Assembly (NCBI RefSeq): GCF_009914755.1
Contig: NC_060947.1
DNA length: 64,000 nt
Reading direction: 5' to 3' (one strand)
Origin: the human T2T-CHM13v2.0 reference genome, Homo sapiens
Position 1 is the stretch's first letter. Every line of letters starts with the position of its first letter. Positions 1 through 12,050 of this stretch are shown piece by piece. The notes under the pieces are model-generated. The model had not been told where the DNA came from and did no database searches. It saw only the letters and a program-made list of their open reading frames with translations. Position numbers and translations under genes: made by a program.

Positions 1-419
1 TTCCTTTCATCCCAAGCCAGTCCCCCAATACATGATGGATCAGTGGAACAACTTTGTCCCCAGAACTCTTGATCCTTGTGCATTTATCTCTTTCTCCTGC
101 ATCCACTCAACAAAATCATATCCCTGGATGAACTAATAATCCATAATCCTATTTCTTTTCTTTTAGACCCAGCTCTGAGGCTAGCGGGGGCAAATCACAC
201 AACCATGATTAGCCTCATTATAAATCAGGGTTTGTCCTCAACTGAGCAATCACTGCTGCAAGGGAATATTTTTCCATGGCCATAGTGACCTTCTCCTCCA
301 GTTTTCATCCAGCAGATAAGGCTGGACAGTTAAGTTGTAAATGAGTGGCAAGCTCAAAAAGTCTTGTACGACTGCAAAGAAACTGGCCAGCAAGACTTCT
401 CGAATGTTTACATTCACCA

Positions 420-2850
420 GTCACTAAAATAAACACTTTCTGCTTTCCTCAAGCCTCCTAAATATTGTCATGTTTCTTGCCTATAGAAAACAACTTTGCT
501 CTTACTTCCTTGAAAACATGGAGGCCATCAGAAATTAAATCTCTTAACTCCCTGACTCTGCCCTGCTATCGATGTATGAGTCTTCTCTGACCACTTCACC
601 TCCAGGCTCAGAGGGGTCTCTCCTTCTGTTAAAGGTAAGCATTTCTCCCACACTCATACCCCTAAGTCCTTAATATGTCCCCTTCTGTCTCCTCATCGCT
701 TTTTCCTTTTCTCTCCTGCTCCTTCATGCTCCTTTTCTCTAAGGTCTTCTCCAAACTTGAAAACACATTCAAATTGCTGCAGTATAAAAGAAAAAAAGAT
801 TCTCATAATTATTTTTTAAAACTCATAAACCTATGGCCTATAGTTTTTCTTTTTAAATCCAGCTTTATTGATGTATAATTAGTGTACAGAAAAACTGCAC
901 TACGGCACGTAATTAATGCATACAATTTGGTGAGTTTGGATATGCATATACAATCATGTTATCTTCCAACCACCATATCTTTCCCCCACTCCCTCCACCA
1001 CTGTCAAACTCTTGGAAAGAGACATGTATGCTTATTGTTTCCACCCCTTACCAACCTCCCACTTGCTTATTAATCTACTCTACTGCTCTGGCCTCTACTC
1101 ACTACTCCACAGAAAACCACTCACGTCAAGGTCAGCAATGACATCCAGATTGCTAAATCCATCATTAAGTCTCAGTCCTGTTTTTACTTGACCCCTTAGT
1201 AACACTGAAGACTGTTGGCCATGCCTTTCTGGAAACACTCTACTTCTTTGACTTACGATTTCTCTCCTCATTCTCTTTGGGGTTGCCACTTCTTTAACTA
1301 TCTGTCAAATATTACACAACCCAGGGTTCCTTTCTTAAGGCTATAACTTTTTCCCTGGACAGTCTTCTCCACTATCAAGGTTCCAACCACCACCTCTAAG
1401 CTCAAGACACTTCTCCCCACAAAAACTTTTACTTGGAGCTCATAGCTCTCCTGACTTCGTAATGCATATAACAAACTATCCACACAACATCTCTAACTGC
1501 ACATCCCACAGGCATTTCAAAGGCAGCAGAGCCAAACTGAACTCACCACCTCATCCTTACCCTACCCCATGCAACTTAACTGCTTCCCTGTGTTTCCTAT
1601 TTCAGTGAATGATTGCATCATCCTCACAGTCACCGATGTAGTGACTTTGGGAGTTATCCAACTAATCTCCATATCCTGCTGATTTTTGTTTGATTTACAT
1701 TTCTCAAGTCGATCCCTAGCTTTTCATCCCCATTGCCATTATATTAGTCTAGGTTCTCATTATTTTTTCTCTTAACTATTGCAACTACACCACAAGAAGT
1801 GGCCTACCAAGGTATGGGTTATTGATTGTAACATACTCATTTTAGTATCAGTGGCACTTTGGAGTCTGTAGGTAACTTAAAAGTAGAAAATGCAACTCTG
1901 ACTCACAGATTTGTTGGCCATGTTATTGATTTCGCTTTCTCTGGATGAATGTCATGGGAGCTTGGGCAATGTCTCCAATCTATCTCCAAAAGAGAAATTC
2001 TGTAAATAACCCATATAAGAAAGAGAAAACTTCCTTTCCCTGTCATAACATTTTATAGCCCTTTCCAGGTTTAACCTCATGCCAACACTGTAATAACTCG
2101 CATTACATTTCTAGGAGAGAAGAGAAAAATCAACTGCTGCCAGAGTGAACTTTACCTTTACATTGCATATGTGATTCCTGGGGTGTCCCCTCTATCTTCT
2201 TGTGAATTCTCAACATTTTCTGACGTTTTTTAGAAAAGCACTGAAGGTACAAAACTTTACTGTATACCTTTGCACATACAGTGTCTCTAGGTCACCCTTT
2301 CATCTCTGGCCTCACTACTAATTCATTCCAAGTTATTAATTGATTGACTTACAAAGGTCCTGCATAATCTGGCCCCTGACTACCTCCCTGTTTGCATCTC
2401 TTACCATTTTCCTTGCTTTACTCCTTCCAGTTATACTGATCTATTTCCTGTTCTTTGAATAAGCTGCTTTCAACCTCAAGGCCTTTACACTGATTGTCTC
2501 ATTTTCTTGAATTACTTTCATCCAAGAACTTTGTATGGTTTCTTCCTTCACATTATTCAAGTATGAGCTCAACTTTTAACCCTGGAGAAAGTCCTTTCCT
2601 AACCATCTTATACAAATTAGCATCCCCCTACCCCAAACATTATCCCATTACTGTGTTTTATTTCCTGCAAGCCATCATCATTATCAATATTTTTGTTTAC
2701 TTTATTTATCTGTTGGCTTATTTATCATCTGTCTCCCCACACTACATTTTCAATTTCCTAGTGGCAGAAGCTGTATCAATCCTCTTCACCACTGTAGTAC
2801 TGGAAGTTCAGTAGGTTATCCATAAGTGGTTGCTGGATGGATTAGTAAAT
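420..2850 (+). mobile_element. Fragmented L2 LINE (with a short L1 3'-end fragment at ~855-960)
   Basis: L2-like text, e.g. gtcaaggtcagcaatgacatccagattgctaaatcc, and a 3' end gtaggttatccataagtggttgctggatgg. Boundaries are rough. Confidence 0.55.
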
Positions 2851-3779
2851 GTCCACATGACATAGACCTGGTATATTAATCAAGGGAGAGGCAAAGGTAG
2901 AAGAATTCTAGGTCATCACAAGTTCAGTAAGTATTACAGTACAGGAGTCTGAGGAAACAATGGCAAAAATAATACAAAGCAGATAAAATGTAACTCCAGA
3001 TCCTCTTCTCCCCAACAGCATATACACTTAAACCATGAACCCAGGGAAATGTTCTCTAATTCTGACAGAAGCCTCCCTTAGAACTTCGAAAATGTTGTTG
3101 AGGATGTTGTTCACTAAGTCCATCTTGTCCTCTTTATGAAGATCCCTAGAAGCAATTTCTTTCTCATGTATTACGTGAAATAGTTTTGCTTCTATGAGCC
3201 AGCGGTTGGTTTTTGTCTTTCGAACCCTGAGGATCATGTAAAGGAGAGTTTTTCTCCTAGAACCGGCTGCTAAAAAATTCCAGGCTAAGCCAAAAGTACA
3301 GAATCCCACAGCATGCGTGGTTTGCACAAACTTATCCCTGGCTCCATCTTTTTTCTTCTAATTTTTATTTTCCTTGAGCCCTGACACCCTGATCTTTAAA
3401 AAATCCAATTGTATCAAAGTTCTTTAAAAATTTTTACAAATTCAATTTTTAAGCCAGGAGAACTATGTAAAGAAAATACTCTCCTGAGCTTATTTGCCAG
3501 GTATACTTTGGTCCTCTGTTGTGACAGGAATGTCCTGTAAATGTAGCAAGTGGATGAAGCAGGAGCTTCCAATTGGTTGGTCTGGATCAGTCAGGGGGTC
3601 TTGAAATCTTTATTACTCACCAAGGCTATTTTTGGGAGCTCACCTTCCCTTCTGTGAGGACGGAATCTGAAACTGAGTCTGTAGCTAAGGGAAATCCCTC
3701 ACTTGCTGCCCTGGCCCCTATCTGGTAACCAAACACTGGCAACGGTCTCCTCTCCCATCCATCCCACCATTAGACTGCA

Positions 3780-4900
3780 AGCCAAGGTAAGGACTACATC
3801 TTCTAGGCAATGGGGAGCTCTTGAAAAGTTTTATGAAAAGTTATCGTAAGGCATATTTCTCCGTCTGCAGGGTTAAGAGAACATTAGAGAGAAATAGGAC
3901 TAGAATCAGGATGATTTACTAAAAAGCTGTTACAATAAGCTAGGCTAGAAGTAATAAGGGCTATATCAGTCAGGGTTCAACCAGGGAAAGAGAAGCCATT
4001 CCAATTTTTTTTTAGAGGATAAATGTAATGCAGGGAACTAGTTACATAGGAGATGGAATTACTGATGAGCCAAATTGCATACGATGAGTCAACCCAGAGA
4101 TAAGTAACAGCAGGAAATCACTACCAGCCCTTGGCTGGAGAGACAAAGAATGGAACCAGGGTTTCCAGAATCCTGGGACAGGGTCACCTGGTGGAAACTG
4201 GAATCATGGAGTGTCTGTTGGTGGGAAATGGAATCACAGGGGAGACGGATGCAGTTTAAGGCAGAGAGAGGAACAAAATATATACCCTCCTGGTTTCCCC
4301 CTTCCTCTCACCCTCCAATCTCCCTCCAAGAGGCACAAGAGATTAGAAAATGCAGCCTGAAAAACAGAGTTGAGCAGAGGAAGGGTGATGAATAGCTCTG
4401 AGGGCAAATGGACCAGCATAAGGGCCTATATCAAGATGGTGGCAGTGGAGATGGAGATGAGAAGATGGAGTTAGAAGTTATTTAGAAGTGAAATAGGTGG
4501 CGTGGTGAGCACTTATTTCCAATTCTGATGACTGCTGGATTAATCATGGTACTCTTGTGTGGGAGTGTAGGAGATGAGGCTGGTTTGGGTCTTATTGAGG
4601 CTGAGATGCCTGTTAGGCCTCCAGGTAGAGGGACCTGGGAAACAACCATATACTTAGCTCAGAAGCTCAGGAGAGAGACGAGGCTGGAGAGAGAGAATGA
4701 ATAATATTAGCCAGGGAGTGTATGATGACAGAGAGGAGAAGCTGGGAGGGTTTGGGGCACAGTCCTGAGGAGCACCCACACTTAATGGTTGGACAGAGAA
4801 AACTGAGGGGGATCAGCCGGTAATGAGAAGAGAGTCAGAAGAAAGTGATCTGTGAGAACATAGAGAAAAGAGTATTTCATGAAGGAAGGTTCTAGGTCTT
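3780..4900 (-). mobile_element. L2 fragments interrupted by a MaLR/MLT-type LTR (~3965-4420)
   Basis: Purine-rich antisense L2-like sequence; LTR-like start tatatcagtcagggttcaacc. Confidence 0.45.
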
Positions 4901-5859
4901 CTATCTCAGTGATTTTGGACAAACCCAGTGCTCTCTTCTCCTATATTCCCTTTCTCCCTACCACCAGCCTCTGCTTGTCTCTACCCTGGCAGTGCCAGGC
5001 TTTACAAAGCCTTCAGTTTAAGAGCTTGTAAGCCTTGCTGCCACTATGGACAGTGTCAAACAACAAAAACTGAGCACCACTCCTCCTCTGTGCCAAGCAG
5101 CATGCTGGGTAACGTTAGGAGCCACCAAAATGGTTCTGAAGCAGTCATAGCCTTCTGAGATCCTGTCTGGTGGGCTAAGTGAAGTATCCGCATGCTAAGA
5201 GCTATTCTTACACAGAATCACATCCTGTAGGCCAGAGCATAAGAAGACATATATGTGAGGCCTCAGAAGGAGCTGGAGAGGGGCAGGTTTCTCCCAGTAG
5301 GTGCACCTCAGACAATGCTAAAGAAAGATGAGTCTGAGAGAGGAGGATGGAAGTGTTACAAAGAAAGCCCCGGAGGCATGGATGACGGAGAAATAGGGCC
5401 CGAGTTGGAGCTGGAGCAAGGGATTCAAGCCAGGGCAAGTTGAAGACCAGGAAGTAGGAGCAGATGGCTAGGACTGAGAATGGGATATGAGGATCTGAAG
5501 GTAAGAGGCCAACTGGCCTGCCCTTCTTGCATTATGGCCTGGTGTGCTGAGCATTTCCACATGTGCTTTTCTGCTAGAGCCACATGCGAACCCTAAGCTC
5601 CTAGCATCCTCGCTAAAGCAGCCCCCCACCCCCAGCACTTCCCACCGCTTTTCCTAGTGAATCTCCTTTGTAGCACTCAGCAAACAACGAATAATCTACT
5701 TTGGTCATTTATTTATGTATTCTAACCCTCCGCCCTCAATAGACTATGAGCTCCTTGAGACTTTATGTAACTGTCCCCTAGTGCCTGGAACAATCTAGCA
5801 CAAAATCGGTGTGCGCTAAACATATGTTGACTGACCGAAGTTTAGAAAGGATTTGCAGG

Positions 5860-6180
5860 GTAGTCCACACTATATAGCTGGGAAACCAAGGCCCAGAAAG
5901 ATGAGGTGGCTATGGCAAGGCTGCATAGGCAGCAAGGGGCCAAGCTGGAACTGGAATCGATCGAGGTATTCTGATTCTCATTTTGCCCCATCACCATGAT
6001 GCCACAATTGCTTCTTCACTCCTAGCAGGAGACTCCAGGCCACCTAGAGAGGGAGGCTCATGTGCAGTGGCAGGAGCCCAGGCTTTGAAATCCAAGTTAT
6101 GGTTCCAATCCTGGCTTTACTCCTTAGTGTCTGTGTGACTTGCAGCAAGTTACTTCACTTTTCTAGCCTCTATTCCTGAG
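5860..6180. mobile_element. MIR fragments
   Basis: gggaaaccaaggcccagaaagatgagg and tgtgtgacttgcagcaagttacttcacttttctagcctc resemble the MIR core. Confidence 0.55.
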
Positions 6181-8099
6181 CATGGTAACCTGGACCTCTC
6201 AAAACTTTTGGGAAGACTCATGAAGTCCACAGAAACACTGAGAAGAGGGCCCAGCCTCCCACCTTGTGGCTTTTGGTGGTAAGGAAAGATGAGTCTGAGA
6301 GAGGTGGATGGAAGTGCTATGAATAAATCCCCAGAGGCATAGAAGGCAGGGAAAACATGGCCTGGGCTGGAGCAGGAGTGACGGATTCAAGCCAAGTCAG
6401 TGAGAGGCCAGAGGCAGGAGAAGTGATGAGTGGGGCTCTCCATCAGGAAGACAAAGGCTGATCCTGGGACTTCTCAGGGTATTCCCCCTCCAGTCATCTG
6501 GGGGTCTATGAGACCACAAGGTCCTCTGCCTGGCCACTGAACTGTAGTAACCAGTGGCACTGACCCTGCAGGGGTGGAGAGAGGCTGGCAGGACAATCCA
6601 CATAGCCTATGCAGACAGAGGGAGGGGCAATGAAAGAATAGTGGCACACTCTTAGAGGCACACATAGGCAGGTGAAACCACAGGGAACAGCCACATTTTC
6701 CCTGGATGATCCCAAGCCTGCCAGGCAATAGCAGCTCAGCTCTGCCATTGATGAATTTGCTTGTGATCTTCGACAAGATCCTGTTGTCTCTGGTCTTCAG
6801 TTTCCTCCATAGAATGAGGACCTCTAAGGTTCTTGCTGGTTCTGCCAGCTATTCTACTTGGCAGTAACAGATATTCCTTGCTCTGTACAGTGTTCTTTGT
6901 AAAGAACACGGGATACTCACAGCTGCTCAGGAGCAGAGCTCTGGCTGGCCCAACTGAGCCCCTATGCCAGTTGTGGAAAAGGTTTCACAGGGCAGTGGAA
7001 ACATCAAAAGCCCCTTACCCTGGGCAAGACACTTTACCAAGTAGAACTCCAGGATTCTGACTTCCAAGAATGGAAATAGGAGCCTCCTTTTGCCTTTCTT
7101 CCAATACTATATATTAAAGAGCTTGGGAAACCGTAACGTGTTAGCTTCAATGTCTTAGTCCCCCCTTGGGGACTCAGTTTTTAGCAGAAATATGGGAATA
7201 GAGCAAGCTGTTAGACTGTCATCTATAAGTGCCTCACCACATTGTGTTCCTAATCCCCATGGTGCCGAGAGGATCACTGTGGCTGAGCTGCAATGTGGCA
7301 GAGCATGAGACTCTTGCATTTGGCAGTGGGCTTAGGGGCTGCTGGAAAAGAGAGTGCCAGAGAAACTAGTGGAAAAATATCTTCCTCACCAGGCTTACCA
7401 AGACTTTTGTCTGCAACACCCCAGTGCTCAGAGTGTGACTACAAGATGTCAAACAGCCTGTCACTTGTGGTTCCCATGTGGCACTTGGGTGAGGAAATAA
7501 AAGGTTACTGCCTTTGCGCTTGATGTGCCTTCCTCAGGAAACCTTTAGGACCAAAGTCCACATGTCTGGTGTATAAAGCAGACTAGATATTCTGCCTTAG
7601 TCAGGAAGCAGTACTTGGGTCATGCTAAGGAAGCAGCTGGGAGTTGGACAAGGTTGAAATTCCTGGATCATAACTGCAGAGGGATGAGTCACTCATCTGA
7701 GCCAGGGAGGCCAGGAAGGCAGAGCCAGACTTGGAGGCAGGCAGTGCACAAGAAAGGGAGGGACGTCCTGTGACCAGGCCAGCAAGCTGGCCTTCTATGA
7801 CACTACCGATCTGGTTTTCTTCCTGGATACTGCCTGTGTGTGAGAATAACTGCCCCTCTCTGTGCCTACCTGCCTCTGTTGTAAGGGAAAGTGTTCATGG
7901 TTGGCAGATGCTCACTTCAGCTCAATGCGGGTCACTTTTACTGAAGGGATGGTTTGACAGCAAAATAATAGGAATAAACTTTTGGGGATGATGAATATAT
8001 TTTGCACCTTCACTGTGGTTGTGGTTTCTTGGGACTATATATTTTTCAAAACTCTGCATTGTTTCTCAGTATTTTAGAGAAAAAGTAAGCAGAAAACTT

Positions 8100-8610
8100 A
8101 TATCAGGGAGGAAATACATGACCTGAACAGCACCATTAACTACTCTGACCTAATTAAAATAAAAAAAAAAACGCATCCAACAACAGCAGAATAAGCATTC
8201 CTCTTCAGTGTGCATGAAGTATTTACCAAGGTATATGGTATTCTAGGCCATCAAACAAACCCTACAAATTGAAAAGAATAGAAGTAATATAAAGCATCTT
8301 CTTAGACCATAATGTAATTAAGCTCAAAATCAAACACCATGATGTCTGAAAAATGCCCAAATATTGGAAATTTTAAAATATGCTCCTAAATGCCCTATGA
8401 ACCAAAGAGGGAGTCTTAGGAGAATTTTAAAAATACATCAAGTCGAATGAAAATAAAATTATATGTACAGAAATTTGTGGGATTCAGCTAAAGTATTTCC
8501 TTGAGGGAAATTTATAGCATATTTTAAATGTTTATATTAGAAAATAGTATCTAAAATCAATAACCAAAACATCCACACTAGGAAACCAAAGAAAGAAGAA
8601 CGAGTTGAAT
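8100..8610 (+). mobile_element. Old L1 (L1M) ORF2 fragment
   Basis: catccaacaacagcagaataagcattc...gaccataatgtaattaagctc resembles the L1 endonuclease region; A-rich, with many stops. Confidence 0.7.
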
Positions 8611-8704
8611 TTAAAGAAGGACCCCACCCCCATCCCTTCCCAAACTCCCACCTCTTCCCTCCTTCCTCCCTCCCCACCATCAGAGAGCACACAGACCCAC
8701 ACAT

Positions 8705-9440
8705 CATTTTACAACAGGTTTATTTTATTTTGATCACCATGGGGTATACCCTGTTGGGTATAAAATGTACTCTAGACCCTGTTGGCTATTTATCTGGGGT
8801 TAGACCTCTGGAGACCTCTCAGCTTGCCCTGAAATTACTGACTGCTCAGGGAGACACTGAAGAAGGTGGAGGTCTCCTCACTGTTTTGGTCCAGCTGTGG
8901 CTCATTTTGATGGAGTTCCTCGTTCAGCTGGTCACAATGGCAGGATACTGTTGGCCCACTCCCTTCCTCAGGTTTTCCTGAAGCGGTGGTCTTTTTGGGA
9001 GAGACGTTTTTCCTGGAACTTCCTTGAAGGGTTCCTTTTCCCTTCCTAGTTGTCTTGGGAATCTGGAATGACAACAGGGAGATCTCAGAAGGGCATTGGT
9101 TTGGGGAAAGAGGATGGAGAAGGGGCGGGAACAGGGGCTTCATGAGAAAGGCATGGGCTGAGGTGAGGGTTGTGCTAGGTGAGGACAGGGTAGGAGTCTT
9201 GGGAGGGAAGAGTCAGGGTCAAGAAAGGGAGGAGGCTAGGTGGTTCATTTATCTTGATAGGGCTTCTGGATCTAGGTTGAGAGGGGGCTTTCATCTTCCT
9301 CGCCATTTTGGTGATGGCTGGTGATTGTTCCAAAAGTGGGCTGGAGGCTCGTCGTTTCCTGGTCATCTTCGCCAGCGTCTCTCAATTGTCTATTCCAGGC
9401 TGCCTGGTCTCCCTATACATACCCCTCCCAGGACAATGAC
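8705..9440 (-). pseudogene. CSAG-family (chondrosarcoma-associated gene) unprocessed pseudogene-like copy
   Basis: The minus strand reads GDQAAWNRQLRDAG / KMTRKRRASSP / NNHQPSPKWRGR*KPPLNLDPEALS. After an intron (9063-9252, acceptor cattccag) it reads FPRQLGREKEPFKEVPGKTSLP. This parallels CSAG1/2/3 as I recall them (GDQVDWSRLYRDTGLVKMSRKPRASSP...FPRQP.REKGP.KEVPGTKGSP). There are two frameshifts, a TGA stop and a donor reading AT instead of GT. AATAAA lies at 8719-8729. Confidence 0.75.
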
Positions 9441-11123
9441 GAACGAGACCCCTGAGCTTTGATTGGTCAGCAAGCTACTACCTAGCCAATGGTTGCCCTG
9501 TCGTGGAGAAGGTCTTAGATGTCACAAACCGCCCTCAGGACATTGTCATGAGAGGGAGGGGCGAGGAGAGAGAGGAGGAGAGGAGGAAAGACGAGGAGGG
9601 GACGGGAGGATGAGGAGGAAGCCAGAGTGGTCTGGTTGAAGAAAAGAGGGGCATTTCTTTAGAACTGCTAAAGAGCTTTCCCAAACAGATAGTGCTGCTC
9701 CTTTCCTCCCATGTTCAACTGGGGTGGGTCACATGGCAGGGAGAGAGTATTTCCTCCAAGCTTTTCCCCCAGGTCACTCCATTTCAATGCTTCTTTCTGT
9801 TTTCTCCTGCCATTCACCATTATCTAGTTTTTTAAAAATTATTATTATTATTGTATTTTACCAGAAATCTCTCCAAGATAATCTGGCTGTATTTAAGTCT
9901 ATGTGTAAATGTGAATCACCCTACTTCCCTCCTAAAAATTTCTCTTATACATCTTGAAGACCACTCACTTGGCTGCTACCAGGGAACTTTTCAATCTTAC
10001 TTCCTTTTCCCAGTGTCCACAGAAGTCTCCTGGGGTTTCAGTTTTCCCCAGTCTGAAATCACTGCTTTCAGGCTGTCAAACTTCAGTGAATACACTTCCT
10101 CCACTGGATATCTTATGAATCTTGTTTCAACTGTGGGGTCATGCTCATCTCAGCAGGTGCAGTACCCATGTTTGGATTTTAACAGTGTAGGGTGAATGAG
10201 GCAGATTTTCACATGTCAGAAATCATGCAGGATGTTTGCATTGTAGAAAAATACAACCTAAGACTGATGAGTTCATGGAACAGGGTGGTGTTGAGTAGAA
10301 TAGATCAACACTGTGCCTGTGGTTCTGTCCAGTGTAATAAGTTTTTTTTTTTTTTTTCAAAAAAGGCCTTCAGATTGGAAAAAGACAAGTAGAACTGTCT
10401 TTATTTACAGAAAATAAGAGCATATGCAGATAATTCTATCAATCTTAAAAATGCTTCTAGAACTAATAAGAGTTTAGCAATGGCACTGGATATAGATCAT
10501 TATACCTGTATTTTTATACTAGCAATGAGCAATTGGCAATTGAGACAAAACAATGCAATTTAAAATAAACATTAAATGGATAAATATGACAGAAGATGTA
10601 TAAGATCTGTCCACTGAAAACTATAAAACATTACAGAGATAAATTTAATGAGAAACTAAGTAAATAGAGATATAAACTTTATTCATTAGTCAAAAGACTG
10701 AATATTAAGATGTCATTTTCCCTCAAGGTTTTTGGAAGATTCAGTGCAATCCAAATCAAATTCCAGAAATGTTTAAATAGAAATTGGGAGGCTGACTCTA
10801 ACATTCATATAGAAGTGCAAGGGCCTTAGAATAGCCAAAGAAAACTTTAAAAAATAGAACAAAGTTGGAGGCGTTACCTTACTTCATTTCAAGGCTTATA
10901 AACTAACAATGATCAGTATAGTGTGGGACTGTCATAATTACAGCAATATATCAACAGAAGAGAATAAACTCCAGGAATGAATCAACATGTATATGCATCT
11001 ATAGATAACTATTTATTGATAAAGATGCAAATGAAGATTAGAGGGGAGAAATGATAGTGTATTCAACAATTGGGTCTGGAACAATTGGATATCCATATGC
11101 AAAACTAAATTTCAATCCATACT

Positions 11124-11124
<1 letters not shown>

Positions 11125-11162
<38 letters not shown>

Positions 11163-11518
11163 AAAAGGGAGAGAGAAAAATAAAGGTATTTTAAGGAATT
11201 GTCTCAGGTGATTATGAGGTCTGATACATCCAAAATCTATAGGACAGGCCAGCAGGCTAGAAACTGACACAGCGTTTTTATGTTCCAATCTTGTGGTAGA
11301 ATTCCTTCTCCAGAAAACCTTGGTCTTTTAAGACCTTCAACTGATTGTATGAGGCACACCCACATTATGGAGGTAAACTGCTTTATTTAAAATCAACTGA
11401 TTTTAAATGCTGATCACATCTACAAAATACCTTCACAGAAACATCTAGACTAGTGTTTGACCGCACAACTGAGTACTATAGTCTAGACAAGTTGACCCAT
11501 AAAACTAACCATTGCACA
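11125..11518. mobile_element. MLT2-type LTR with (TATC)n microsatellite at 11125-11161
   Basis: Ends with aagttgacccataaaactaaccattgcaca, an MLT2-like terminus. Confidence 0.65.
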
Positions 11519-11626
11519 CGCCTTGCCCCATATAAAAGTGTAACTCAAAATGAATCATAGCCCTAAATGTCAAAAATACTTTTTTTTCTAGAAGAAAACA
11601 GAAGAAAAACTTGTTACCTGGGGTTA

Positions 11627-12050
11627 TGTCTTAGTTAGCTTTGACTTCCATAACAAAATGCCATGGATTGTGTAGCTGAAACAACAGAAATTTATTTTTT
11701 TTCAGAGTTTTGGAGACTAAAAGTCACAGATAAAGGACTGGAGGCTGTAATTTCTTATTCCTGGCTTGTAGATGGCCCTTTCTCATTATGTCCATTCTTG
11801 GCATTTCTTCTGTGTATGTGCATGGAGAGAAGGAAGGGAGGAAGGGTGAGAGAGAGAGAGAGTTCTCATTTAAGCACAAGAGTGCTTTCTTGTGTCCCTT
11901 CTCATAAGCACACTAATCCTATGGGATCAAGGCCCCACCCTTATGACCTCTTTTAACATTCATTACTTCCTTAAAGGCCCCACCTCCAAATACAGAAATA
12001 CTGGGGCCGAAAGCTTCAAAATATGAATTTGGCAGAGGACATAAGCATTA
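11627..12050. mobile_element. MaLR LTR (MLT1/MST-like)
   Basis: tgtcttagtt...aaacaacagaaatttatt...ggccccacctccaaatac...atatgaatttgg. Confidence 0.7.
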
